Of a stretch of 64,000 bases of DNA, positions 42,150 to 50,512 are shown in pieces. The stretch covers positions 200,949 to 264,948 of the forward strand of contig OY969902.1 in the NCBI GenBank assembly GCA_963704435.1. The letters run 5' to 3'. Source of the stretch: an uncultured archaeon. GTDB taxonomy: Archaea > Micrarchaeota > Micrarchaeia > Micrarchaeales > CABMGC01. The translations under genes were made by a program, and so were the position numbers. Under the pieces are notes generated by a model. The model searched no databases. It was not told the origin of the DNA and worked only from the letters and a program-made list of their open reading frames with translations. Every line of letters starts with the position of its first letter. The stretch's first letter is position 1.

Positions 42150-43577
42150 TTGGCGAAGGAAATCAAGGGAATCGTCACCTGCATAAGGCACCGCGCGGGC
42201 CTTTCGGGCGACGACTACTTCATCGTGGCGGAGGAGGGCGGGGCGCTATCTACGCTGCCGCTGAAGAGCGGGACGCTACTGAACATCGGAGAGTTCATGA
42301 AATTCTCAGTCGAGGAGGGAGCTGTGAAAGGCGCATGGCCAGCCGAGGACGGGAAGGACCTCGCAAGGATACGCGCCATAATAGACGAGCGGGAGGAGGA
42401 CCTGCGCTCCGACAGGTACCGGACAGGGATCGACGAGGTTGACGGGATCACGTCGCGCATGTGGGAGCCGCTCTCCAGGGCCGCTTCCCTGCTGCTGCGG
42501 AAGCTGGCGGTCGCGGCCCCGATCACGGTCAGGTTCCACAACGACATCGACGGGGCATGCGGGGCCTTCTGCCTGAACAAGGCGATGGCGGATGCCGTCT
42601 CCAAGACGGGTAAGGACGGCTACTCGCCCAACATCCACTGGCGGATGCACGGCGGGGTGTCGTACGGAAGGATAGAGGCGACGAGCGACACGCTCGTGAT
42701 GAACAACTACGAGTGCATCGAGAAGCCGCTGCTCGTGATACTAGACTTCGGGACCGCGAAGGAGAGCAACCCGGGCGTGGATCTCGTCAGGGACAGGTTC
42801 GACATCATATGGCTGGACCACCATCCGATGGTCGACGGGTTCCAGGGAAGGGAGCTCAGCCACTACGTCAATCCGTGGCTCTTCGGCGGCGACTCCAACT
42901 ACACGGCGGGGTTCCTGACGTGCGCATTCTCGAAGACGTTCGCGGACGTGGATTCGCGCGACATAGAGAACGCGTCGTTCATCGGGGACTACAGCACATA
43001 CGCGCGCCCTGATGAGGGAAGCAGGAGGCTGGCCGCGCTGCTCGACCTGATAACGAGCGACACGAAGCTGGTGAACGGATCCGGGGGCGACAGCCTAGAC
43101 CCGGCGCAGATAGAGGCGATGCTGAACGACGGGAAGAGGAGCGCTGACCTCATCGCGTTCGCGGAGAACAGGGTCGCAGAGATGCTCGACACCGCACTGC
43201 GCTCCGTGAAAGTCTACAGCGGGAGCGAGGCGAAGATATACGTCGCGGACTTCGAGACCTTGAGGGGTGAGGAGGGGCACAGGTATCCGCTTCCTGGAAG
43301 GTTCGCATCGAAGCTGCTTGACAGGATAGAGGAGCTGAACACGGCCCCGTGCATACTCCTGCTGCACTTCAAGTCATTCATATCGATAAGGATGAGCAAG
43401 CGGCTATCGGACAGCGTGGGCCTGCTGGAGGTGCTCGCGAAGGTGGGGGAGGAGCATCCTGACGACGTCGACTCGAGCGGCGGGCACAGCAACGCCGCGA
43501 GCATAAAGCTGAGGGGTGATTCGAGCAAGAAGGAGATAATAAAGGCGGTCGTCGACAAGCTCAAGGAGAGGGCGTAG
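42150..43577 (+). CDS. DHH-family phosphoesterase (archaeal RecJ/GAN-like)
   Basis: The DHH motifs appear in order: HNDIDGACGAF, VILDFG, WLDHHP, and GGHSNAASI (GGGH-like) in the DHHA1 region. Confidence 0.7.
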   Translation: MAKEIKGIVTCIRHRAGLSGDDYFIVAEEGGALSTLPLKSGTLLNIGEFMKFSVEEGAVKGAWPAEDGKDLARIRAIIDEREEDLRSDRYRTGIDEVDGITSRMWEPLSRAASLLLRKLAVAAPITVRFHNDIDGACGAFCLNKAMADAVSKTGKDGYSPNIHWRMHGGVSYGRIEATSDTLVMNNYECIEKPLLVILDFGTAKESNPGVDLVRDRFDIIWLDHHPMVDGFQGRELSHYVNPWLFGGDSNYTAGFLTCAFSKTFADVDSRDIENASFIGDYSTYARPDEGSRRLAALLDLITSDTKLVNGSGGDSLDPAQIEAMLNDGKRSADLIAFAENRVAEMLDTALRSVKVYSGSEAKIYVADFETLRGEEGHRYPLPGRFASKLLDRIEELNTAPCILLLHFKSFISIRMSKRLSDSVGLLEVLAKVGEEHPDDVDSSGGHSNAASIKLRGDSSKKEIIKAVVDKLKERA

Positions 43578-43786
43578 AAGCCTGGTACCCGGACATAGCG
43601 AAGGTGCTGACTAAGTACTACGGCTATGCCGCGAAGAGCAGGAAGGGCAGCCATGTTTAGATGGCTGACGCATCGGGTCACAGGGTCACAATCCTTGCGA
43701 CAAACGAGCAAGTGAACAGGCATAACTACCAATCGATACTGAGGCAAACAGGTCTTTCTAAGGCAGACATAGAAAAATACCTCTGA
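43577..43786 (+). pseudogene. hicA-like toxin gene with an in-frame TAG and no obvious start codon
   Basis: My translation is ..EAWYPDIAKVLTKYYGYAAKSRKGSHV*MADASGHRVTILATNEQVNRHNYQSILRQTGLSKADIEKYL*. It matches the HicA pattern (x-G-[FY]-x4-[RK]-x-[KR]-GSH...vtvP.H..l..gtl.sIlkqaGl). The TAG is at 43658-43660. There is no ATG, GTG or TTG between the upstream in-frame stop (43517-43519) and the GSH motif. Confidence 0.6.
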
Positions 43787-43828
43787 GGCATCTTATCTCA
43801 TGCTGAATAGCGAAACCTGCCTTGCGGA

Positions 43829-44422
43829 CTACGCCTTGCCCAGCTCGGGATGCTCCGCCTCGAACTCCGCCTGCCATTCGCGGAACTCCGCGAGCTTCTT
43901 CTTCTCGGCGGCGCCCATTTTCTTCTCGTACTTCGCCTTCATCCCCCTCTCCCACTCCTCGAGCGTGAATCCGTAAGGCGGCCTCTCTCGTATCGTCTTC
44001 GGGCTGTAGTAGCGACCGTAGACCTCTCTGTAGTAGTCGATCTCCCTCGACTCCGCCTTCGCGGCGTCGGCGTGCACGCCCTCGTTAGCGAGGAAATCCA
44101 CGATGCCCTTCAGGCTTATCTTCTCGTTCCTGTTCGCGGCGTCCTCTGGATTGTACAGCACCCGTATGGTCCGTCCTTCGAAATCGACGGACGCCATGAG
44201 CACCGGCTCCATCAGGATCAGCCGGTACTGCAGCCTCGCCGCGCGCTCCGCATCCTTGAGCCCGTCCCCGCTCGCGTTCTTGAAGACGACCTCCCTCACC
44301 TTCTTGTACGGGACCATGTACTTCCCGCCGTTGTCCTCGATGTACTCGCTGCTCGCGCTCAGTTCTGCGCCGCTGTTCTTGGCGTAGAAGCTTCTGTAAT
44401 CCCTCTCGCGCTTGTCCATCAA
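43829..44422 (-). CDS. Hypothetical protein co-oriented with the upstream radical SAM gene
   Basis: 197 aa. It has a central ferredoxin-like-looking segment (VDFEGRTIRVLYNPEDA...IVDFLANEGVHA) and a K/E-rich tail. It starts 6 nt after the stop of 44429..46192. Confidence 0.55.
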   Translation of the reverse strand: MMDKRERDYRSFYAKNSGAELSASSEYIEDNGGKYMVPYKKVREVVFKNASGDGLKDAERAARLQYRLILMEPVLMASVDFEGRTIRVLYNPEDAANRNEKISLKGIVDFLANEGVHADAAKAESREIDYYREVYGRYYSPKTIRERPPYGFTLEEWERGMKAKYEKKMGAAEKKKLAEFREWQAEFEAEHPELGKA

Positions 44423-44428
44423 ATTCCC

Positions 44429-46192
44429 CTATGCGTCATTCCCCGCTTGTGCAGGCCGCGAATTCACGGGCAGAGAGAACAGGTCTACGATGCTGCCGTA
44501 GGTCCGCTTGTACTCCTCCCTCGACTCAAGCTCCTGCACGTCTCTCCTGTACTTGTCGGCCGCGTAGCTCCATCCAGGATGCAGCGCCGCCCACTCCTTG
44601 CTCGGTATCGCGTAAGCCCTCTGCACCTTGTCCCTGTACAGCTCGGGCATTACGTTGAACGTGCAGAACGGCACGGTCCTCCCGTCCGGGAGCGTGTAAT
44701 GGACCTCGCACTTCTCGACCCTCTTTATGTCATAGTTGTACTCGTCCTGGAAATGCATCATGCCGAGGAACAGAGTCTTCATCTGCAGGTCGGCCATGCT
44801 CTTGAAGTCGTGCTTGGTCAGTATGCCGGTGAGCAGCTTCGCGAAGTTCACCGACTTGGGCTGCTTTTCCTTGTCTATGAACTTGAGCGCGCCCGCGAGG
44901 GTCTTGGCCGCGATGAGCTTGCGCTCTATCATGCTCTTGCCCTCCATCTCGCCTGTCGCATTCTGGAGGTGTTCGACCAGCCCCGCGGCGTCGACGAACC
45001 TGGTTATCGGTATCACCCTGTTGTCGCTGTCGAGGAACAGGTAGGTGCCCGCACCGCACGCGAAGTGCGTGGACAGGTCGTACTTGTACTCCCCGGTGAG
45101 CGCCTCGAGGAACTTGTTTATCCCGCCCGTGTACGGCACCGAGAACCAGTCCTCCCTCGCGACCACGCCATGGGTCTGCTCCTCTATGAGCTTTATCGCG
45201 CCGGGGATCGTTATCCTCTGCCTCTCCCTCTGGCCGGTCGGCATCCTCCCGACCAGCGATACCGGCTGGAAGTTGATCGCCCTCACGATGTCGAGGTTGT
45301 TGAGCGCGAAGTTCACCATCGCGCCGAGCTCGTTGTCGTTCGACGTCCTTATCACGGTCGGAGTCAGCACGATCCCTATCCCCGCCTTCCTTGCCGCGCT
45401 GAGTATGAGCGGTATCTCCCAGTGGTTCTTCGGGTTCGCCCTCTTGCTCACTCCGTCGAAGCTCATGTATAGCGTGCTGACCCCCTCGTGCCTCAGCCGC
45501 ACCATGAGGTCCGGGTCGAAGCCGAGCCGTATCGCGGTTGTGTTCAGCTGTATCTGGTCGAAGCCCGCCTCCTTCGCCTTCCTCACTATCTCGGGCAGGT
45601 CGGCCCTCATGGTCGGCTCCCCGCCGGTGAGCTGTATCGCGTTGGAGGCCACGGGCTTCTGCGCCCTGAGCTTCCTGAACATGCGGTCCAGCTCGTCGAG
45701 CGTGGGCTCATATATCGGCTCGTTGCGCTGATCCATGGTGCCGAAGAAGCAGTAGCTGCAGGAGAGGTGGCAGCGGTTCGTCACCACGACGTTTATCAGG
45801 CCGCTGTGCGACTTGTGCCTCTCGCATATGCCGCAGTCGAACGGGCAGTTCTTGCCCTCGTTGACGTAATCGGGATTGTCGAGCCCCCTTCCGTCATAGT
45901 TGTACTTCTTCATCTTCGCGTACATGTCATAGTCCTCCCAGTACTTCTCGACGGTCAGGCCGTGCTCCGGGCAGCGCTTCCTTATCATGACGAAGTCCCC
46001 GTCGCGGTACAGAATACCGTCGATGATCAGCTTGCACTCCGGGCAGATCGTCTTCGTCCTGTCGACGACGGGCATCCGCTCCATCTCCTCGGCGGTCCTG
46101 TAGTAGGGCGCGGTAAGAGGATCGTGCGCCTCACTGCCGCTCGCATGCACGTGCGCATCCGTGGATTTGGCATCGCCATGGCCGGAAATCAT
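44429..46192 (-). CDS. Radical SAM enzyme resembling tetraether lipid synthase (Tes / GDGT-MAS, COG1964 type)
   Basis: 587 aa. An N-terminal rubredoxin-like segment (CPECKLI...CPEHG) is followed by CPFDCGICERH and the radical-SAM motif TNRCHLSCSYCFF, plus QLTGGEPT. This architecture is as described for archaeal Tes. Assigned from memory of that family. Confidence 0.55.
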   Translation of the reverse strand: MISGHGDAKSTDAHVHASGSEAHDPLTAPYYRTAEEMERMPVVDRTKTICPECKLIIDGILYRDGDFVMIRKRCPEHGLTVEKYWEDYDMYAKMKKYNYDGRGLDNPDYVNEGKNCPFDCGICERHKSHSGLINVVVTNRCHLSCSYCFFGTMDQRNEPIYEPTLDELDRMFRKLRAQKPVASNAIQLTGGEPTMRADLPEIVRKAKEAGFDQIQLNTTAIRLGFDPDLMVRLRHEGVSTLYMSFDGVSKRANPKNHWEIPLILSAARKAGIGIVLTPTVIRTSNDNELGAMVNFALNNLDIVRAINFQPVSLVGRMPTGQRERQRITIPGAIKLIEEQTHGVVAREDWFSVPYTGGINKFLEALTGEYKYDLSTHFACGAGTYLFLDSDNRVIPITRFVDAAGLVEHLQNATGEMEGKSMIERKLIAAKTLAGALKFIDKEKQPKSVNFAKLLTGILTKHDFKSMADLQMKTLFLGMMHFQDEYNYDIKRVEKCEVHYTLPDGRTVPFCTFNVMPELYRDKVQRAYAIPSKEWAALHPGWSYAADKYRRDVQELESREEYKRTYGSIVDLFSLPVNSRPAQAGNDA

Positions 46193-46260
46193 ACCTGCAC
46201 CTACGACATAAAAATGATATTATTACTGAGTTATGAAAAACTGTTATTTATACCTGAGGG

Positions 46261-47850
46261 TCACTCTGGCTTGCGCTTCTTCTTCCCCTTGAACCCGGTC
46301 TTGGCGCCGCTCCTGAAGCCGCCTTCGCGGCTCGGATAAGGCTTGCGCGGGAAACCTCCCTCGCGGTTTGAGTATGACCTCCTCTGAGGGAAGCCACCGC
46401 CTTCGCGGTTCTGGTAGGGTCTCCTCTCCGAGAAGCTGCTTCCTTCGCGGTTCTGGTAGGGCCTCCTCTGCGGGAAACCGCCCTCGCGATCGGAGTATGG
46501 CCTTCGCGGGAAGCCGCTTCCTTCGCGGTTCTGGTAGGGTCTCCTCTCCTGGAAGCCGCCTCCCTCGCGGTTCTGGTATGGCCTGCGCTGGAAATTCCCT
46601 TCGCGATTCTGGTATGGTCTGCGCGGAAAACTTCCGCCTTCGCGGTTCTGGTAGGGCCTTCTCTCCTGGAAGCTGCCTCCTTCGCGATTCTGGTAGGGCC
46701 TCCGCGGGAAACTGCCGCTCTCCCTGTTTTGGTAGGGCCTTCTCTCCTGGAAGCTGCCTCCTTCGCGGTTCTGGTAGGGCCTCCTCTGCGGGAATCCCTC
46801 TTCGCGCCTGCTGCTGTCATAGCTCTTCCTGAAGCCGCCCGCCCTCTCGCCCTCCTGCGAATATTTCCTGTACTGCGGAGCGCCTTCCCTCGGATAGGCC
46901 TTCTCCCCTTGCGGCCGGTATGGCCGGCTGGCCTGACCTTGAGCGCGCATCACCGTCCTGGGCTTCCACTCCTGCCTCTGCCTCTGGTACTGCTGCGGCT
47001 GCTCGGGACCGCGCTCCCTAGGAGGCGACGCGTTTATGCGCGCGATGCCCTTGTCGAGCGACTCCTTCAGCGTCTCGCCTATGAACCTCTTCGAGATCGA
47101 GTCCGCCCGCGCGGCTATGCTGATCTTCGTCGCGAAGATCCTCGCTATCTTGCCCTTGTTGCCGCGGTCCGCGCTCGCGACCTCCTTCAGCTTGAACAGT
47201 ATCCCGTACTTGGGCGGCTTGCTCCCGGAGCGCAGGTGCCTGAAGAGCGCCTTCTCCGCGCCGAGCAGCTGTATCGTGCTCGCCGGCATGTCGGCAAGCT
47301 TGGAGAGCGAGCCCGCCTTGGCCAGCAGCTCCGCCGCGACCTTGTAATCGACCAGGTAGGCTATGTTCGGCATCGACTTCGGCACGTTCTCCTTCAGGAA
47401 CTCGTCGAGCTCCTTCTCGAGCGCGAAGAGGCCCAGCTCGGTCTCGGCCATGCTCTTCATGACGAGGTACTCGTCCTCCTTCGGCTCGTTGCCTATGCTG
47501 TTCTTTATCAGCTCGAGTATGTCATCGGCCCGGTCCTTGGCCACCTTCCTTAGCGAATCAGCGCTGGCGCCCCTCTTGTCGGACCCCGCCTCCATGACGA
47601 ATTTCGCGTACGCCTCCGCGCTGCCGAGGTCGAGCTCGGGGAAGTATATACCGTACCACTCCTCGAGCCTCTCGTGGAGCAGGTTCCTGTTGCGCTCCAC
47701 CTCGTTGTAGGAGTTGATGGCCTGGGCGAGCGCGTGCTCCCCCGTGGAATAGGCTTCGCTCACCGCCTCCTTCGCGAGCGACAGTATCCTCTTCCTCTTC
47801 TCCTCGGGCGTCTCAGCCAAAATAAGCACCAGGATTAATTGGAATCGCAC
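46261..47850 (-). CDS. Nop5/Nop56/Prp31-type NOP-domain protein with a long C-terminal tandem-repeat tail
   Basis: NOP-domain motifs are present (LEEWYGIYFPEL, ASTIQLLGAEKALFRHLRSGSKPPKYGILF, IARIFATKISIAARAD). The C-terminal ~180 aa consist of RRPYQNREGGxF(Q/P)(E) repeats and a KKKRK end. The N-terminus and start codon are uncertain. Confidence 0.75.
   Translation of the reverse strand: MRFQLILVLILAETPEEKRKRILSLAKEAVSEAYSTGEHALAQAINSYNEVERNRNLLHERLEEWYGIYFPELDLGSAEAYAKFVMEAGSDKRGASADSLRKVAKDRADDILELIKNSIGNEPKEDEYLVMKSMAETELGLFALEKELDEFLKENVPKSMPNIAYLVDYKVAAELLAKAGSLSKLADMPASTIQLLGAEKALFRHLRSGSKPPKYGILFKLKEVASADRGNKGKIARIFATKISIAARADSISKRFIGETLKESLDKGIARINASPPRERGPEQPQQYQRQRQEWKPRTVMRAQGQASRPYRPQGEKAYPREGAPQYRKYSQEGERAGGFRKSYDSSRREEGFPQRRPYQNREGGSFQERRPYQNRESGSFPRRPYQNREGGSFQERRPYQNREGGSFPRRPYQNREGNFQRRPYQNREGGGFQERRPYQNREGSGFPRRPYSDREGGFPQRRPYQNREGSSFSERRPYQNREGGGFPQRRSYSNREGGFPRKPYPSREGGFRSGAKTGFKGKKKRKPE
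46300..46805 (-). repeat. About 12 tandem 39-42-bp coding repeats (RRPYQNREGGSFQE units)
   Basis: The periodicity is visible directly in the DNA (…CCTTCGCGGTTCTGGTAGGG(C/T)CT(C/T)CT…) and in all reading frames of the ORF track on both strands. Confidence 0.85.
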
Positions 47851-47959
47851 CTATAAATATGTTACCGACCGAGGCAGAGCGCGCAAAAGGCGGAGCCAGC
47901 CAACCATTATAATTTTTGCTTACTGATAATACTATACTTATATCGTAGGGTCTGAGCAC

Positions 47960-49453
47960 ATGAACATGGACGATCTGCTTGCTTTCACCAAGAGCAAGGG
48001 CTTCTTCTGGCCTAGCGCGGAGATATACGGCGGATTCGCGGGGATGTACGACTACGGCCACCTGGGCGCGCTCCTGAAGAGGCGGTTCGAGCAGCTCTGG
48101 CTATCCTATTTCGTGGAGACGAAAGCGGATTACTACCTGATAGACTGCTCCACCATACTGCCCGAGAAGCCGCTGGTCGCCTCGGGGCACGCCGCGCGAT
48201 TCAACGACATCCTCGTGGGGTGCTCGAAGTGCCACACCTACTACCGGGCGGACGTCATGCTGTCCGACTTCAAGATAAAGGTGTCTGAGGGCGCGAGCCC
48301 CGCCGAGATCGACGGGCTGATAAGCAAAAACGGCGTCGCGTGCCCCAAATGCCAGGGGAAGTTCCTGCCCTCGAAAGAGTTCAACATGATGCTTGACGTG
48401 CATCTCGGGCCCGAGAAGTCGGACAAGGGCTACCTGAGGCCGGAGACCGCGCAATCGGCATACCTCAACTTCTTCAGGGAGTTCAACGTTCTGCGCAGGA
48501 GCCTGCCGATGGGCCTTGCGGTGATCGGGAAGGCCTACCGGAACGAGATATCGCCGCGCCAGGGCCTTTACAGGATGAGGGAGCTGACCCAGGCAGAACT
48601 CCAGATTTTCTTCGACCCAGAAGAATTCGAGGCGGATTTCGACAAGCTGAAGAATGTCGAGATGACGGTCGTACCCTACAAGACGAAGAAGCAGGTCACC
48701 ATAACCGCGGAGGAATTGGTGAGGGATTACGAGATTCCAGAGTTCTACGCCTACCACATGGCTGCGATAAGGCTCTTTTACCAAAAAGTAATAGGCCTCC
48801 CGGACGAGAAGCTCAGGTTCCTGGAGAAGGGAGGGGACGAGAAGGCGTTCTACAACAAGCTTCACATGGACATAGAGGTCGATGTGGAGAGCTGGGGCGG
48901 ATTCAAGGAGGTCGGAGGGCTGCACTATAGGGGAGATTACGACCTAAGCTCCCACACGAAGGGCTCGAACACGGACCTCTCCGTTACGATAAACGGGAAG
49001 AAGATAGTGCCGCAGGTCCTTGAACTCAGCTTCGGGGTGGACAGGAACGTCTGGATGCTCATAGACGTCTTCTACAAGAAGGAAGGGGAGAGGAAGGTCC
49101 TGGCCTTGAAGCCTTGGCTAGCTCCTTTCAACGCAGCAATATTCGCGCTGCAGAAGGACGAGAAGATAAATGAAAAGGTGAGGAGCGTATCGGACTCCCT
49201 TAAACAGAAATTCAGGGTCTTCGTCGACGACTCGGGCTCCATAGGCAGGAGATATGCCAGGATGGACGAGATAGGCACCCCGTTCTGCATAACTGTGGAC
49301 TTCGACACCGTGACCGAGAGTTCCAAAGATTACGATACAGTAACCGTGAGGGACAGGGACACGAAAACGCAGGAGAGGATAAAGATAGACAAACTTGCGG
49401 AATTTATAGGAGACCGGATAAACCCTCAAAGCCTGGAGCCTTACCCGCAGTAG
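47960..49453 (+). CDS. glyS: Glycyl-tRNA synthetase (archaeal/eukaryal alpha2 type)
   Basis: 497 aa. Motifs are FFWPSAEIYGGFAGMYDYGHLG, GKAYRNEISPRQGLYRMRELTQAELQIF, plus a C-terminal anticodon-binding domain. Confidence 0.9.
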   Translation: MNMDDLLAFTKSKGFFWPSAEIYGGFAGMYDYGHLGALLKRRFEQLWLSYFVETKADYYLIDCSTILPEKPLVASGHAARFNDILVGCSKCHTYYRADVMLSDFKIKVSEGASPAEIDGLISKNGVACPKCQGKFLPSKEFNMMLDVHLGPEKSDKGYLRPETAQSAYLNFFREFNVLRRSLPMGLAVIGKAYRNEISPRQGLYRMRELTQAELQIFFDPEEFEADFDKLKNVEMTVVPYKTKKQVTITAEELVRDYEIPEFYAYHMAAIRLFYQKVIGLPDEKLRFLEKGGDEKAFYNKLHMDIEVDVESWGGFKEVGGLHYRGDYDLSSHTKGSNTDLSVTINGKKIVPQVLELSFGVDRNVWMLIDVFYKKEGERKVLALKPWLAPFNAAIFALQKDEKINEKVRSVSDSLKQKFRVFVDDSGSIGRRYARMDEIGTPFCITVDFDTVTESSKDYDTVTVRDRDTKTQERIKIDKLAEFIGDRINPQSLEPYPQ

Positions 49454-49476
49454 ATGGACAAAAGGTTTGGAAAACC

Positions 49477-50115
49477 ATGGAAATCATAGTTTTCGGGGAC
49501 AGCATAGCCTACGGGGCTTGGGACAAGGAAGGCGGATGGGTGCAGCGGCTCAGGAAGATTCTTGACGTTAAAACCCTATCGAATCCCGATCAGTTTTATC
49601 TCGTATACAATCTTAGCATTGATGGCGCGGACACTGAATTATTGCTAAAGTGCATCGATTCTGAAATAAAACACAGGATTCAGGGAGGTAGCCCTCTGAT
49701 ATTGATGTTTGCAGTGGGTGTGAACGACTCTTGTTTCGTAACAACTCAGAATGCAAATGCGGTAAGTCAAGAGAAATTTGTCGAAAACCTGCGCTCCGTG
49801 ATCGATACGGCGGAGCGATACACACAAACAATAGTTTTTGTTGGGCTCACTCCTGTGGATGAGTCAAGAACTACTCCCGTTTTCTGGGATGCCCAGAAAC
49901 ATTACAAAAACAAGAATATCAAAGAATACAATGAGTTAATAAGATCAGTATGCGAAGGAGAAAACGTACATTTTATAGACCTTTTTCAACGATTCGCAAA
50001 AACAGATTACAATGCCCTGCTTGAAGAAGGCTGGCACCCGAATAGCGAGGGGCACAAGGAGATTTTCGAGATTGTGAAGGCATACCTGATCGAGAAGAAG
50101 ATTCTCGACTTATGA
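49477..50115 (+). CDS. SGNH/GDSL-family hydrolase
   Basis: Block I is IIVFGDSIAYG, followed by GVNDS and a C-terminal WHPNSEGH-type block. Confidence 0.75.
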   Translation: MEIIVFGDSIAYGAWDKEGGWVQRLRKILDVKTLSNPDQFYLVYNLSIDGADTELLLKCIDSEIKHRIQGGSPLILMFAVGVNDSCFVTTQNANAVSQEKFVENLRSVIDTAERYTQTIVFVGLTPVDESRTTPVFWDAQKHYKNKNIKEYNELIRSVCEGENVHFIDLFQRFAKTDYNALLEEGWHPNSEGHKEIFEIVKAYLIEKKILDL

Positions 50116-50139
50116 AGCATGAAGAAAGAATGTGATTGA

Positions 50140-50508
50140 ATGGCAGGAACAATAACGATAGAGGAAAACTTTGTCATATTCCGGCCCCATGGACTCGACA
50201 AGGTGTGGGCGCTCAAGAACGAACTGAAGATCCCACTGTCCCATGTCAAGGACGTTTCGACGGAAAAGCAGGACTGGGCACTGTTCAAGCAGCTGAAGAT
50301 GGGCGGAACGGGTCTGCCCGGAGTCATAAAGGCAGGGCGATGGCTGGGCAAGGAAGGGTTCCTGTTCTACGACATGCACAACCTTGACAACTGCGTCACG
50401 GTAAGCACCCAGAACGAGTTCTACACAAAGATAATATTCGAGGTCGAGGACAAGGAAGCCGCCGCGAAAAGGATAAGCGAAGCCGCGATGATGGCGAAAC
50501 GCAGGTGA
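50140..50508 (+). CDS. Hypothetical small protein (possibly bacterial PH-like fold)
   Basis: 122-aa ORF with a beta-rich pattern. No diagnostic motif. Confidence 0.4.
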   Translation: MAGTITIEENFVIFRPHGLDKVWALKNELKIPLSHVKDVSTEKQDWALFKQLKMGGTGLPGVIKAGRWLGKEGFLFYDMHNLDNCVTVSTQNEFYTKIIFEVEDKEAAAKRISEAAMMAKRR

Positions 50509-50512
50509 TCGT

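Noticed and set aside
43658-43660. In-frame TAG in the hicA-like gene as a pyrrolysine codon
   Set aside because: TAG terminates adjacent well-supported genes (RecJ-like at 43575-43577, glyS at 49451-49453). No pyl genes are visible in the window. The hicA frame also lacks a start codon, which favours a pseudogene.
43850-45472. 540-aa plus-strand ORF, the longest of several ORFs antisense to the Tes-like gene
   Set aside because: The translation is Arg/Leu/Pro/Val/His-rich low complexity with no motifs. This is typical of shadow ORFs opposite a GC-rich gene. The minus-strand gene has clear radical-SAM motifs.
46248-46832. Highly periodic DNA considered as a possible CRISPR array or non-coding satellite
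   Set aside because: The period is 39-42 bp with no unique spacers. The repeats are in frame within the Nop5-like ORF and encode a coherent peptide repeat. The other-frame ORFs (46248..46820 -, 46368..46832 +) are by-products of the periodicity.
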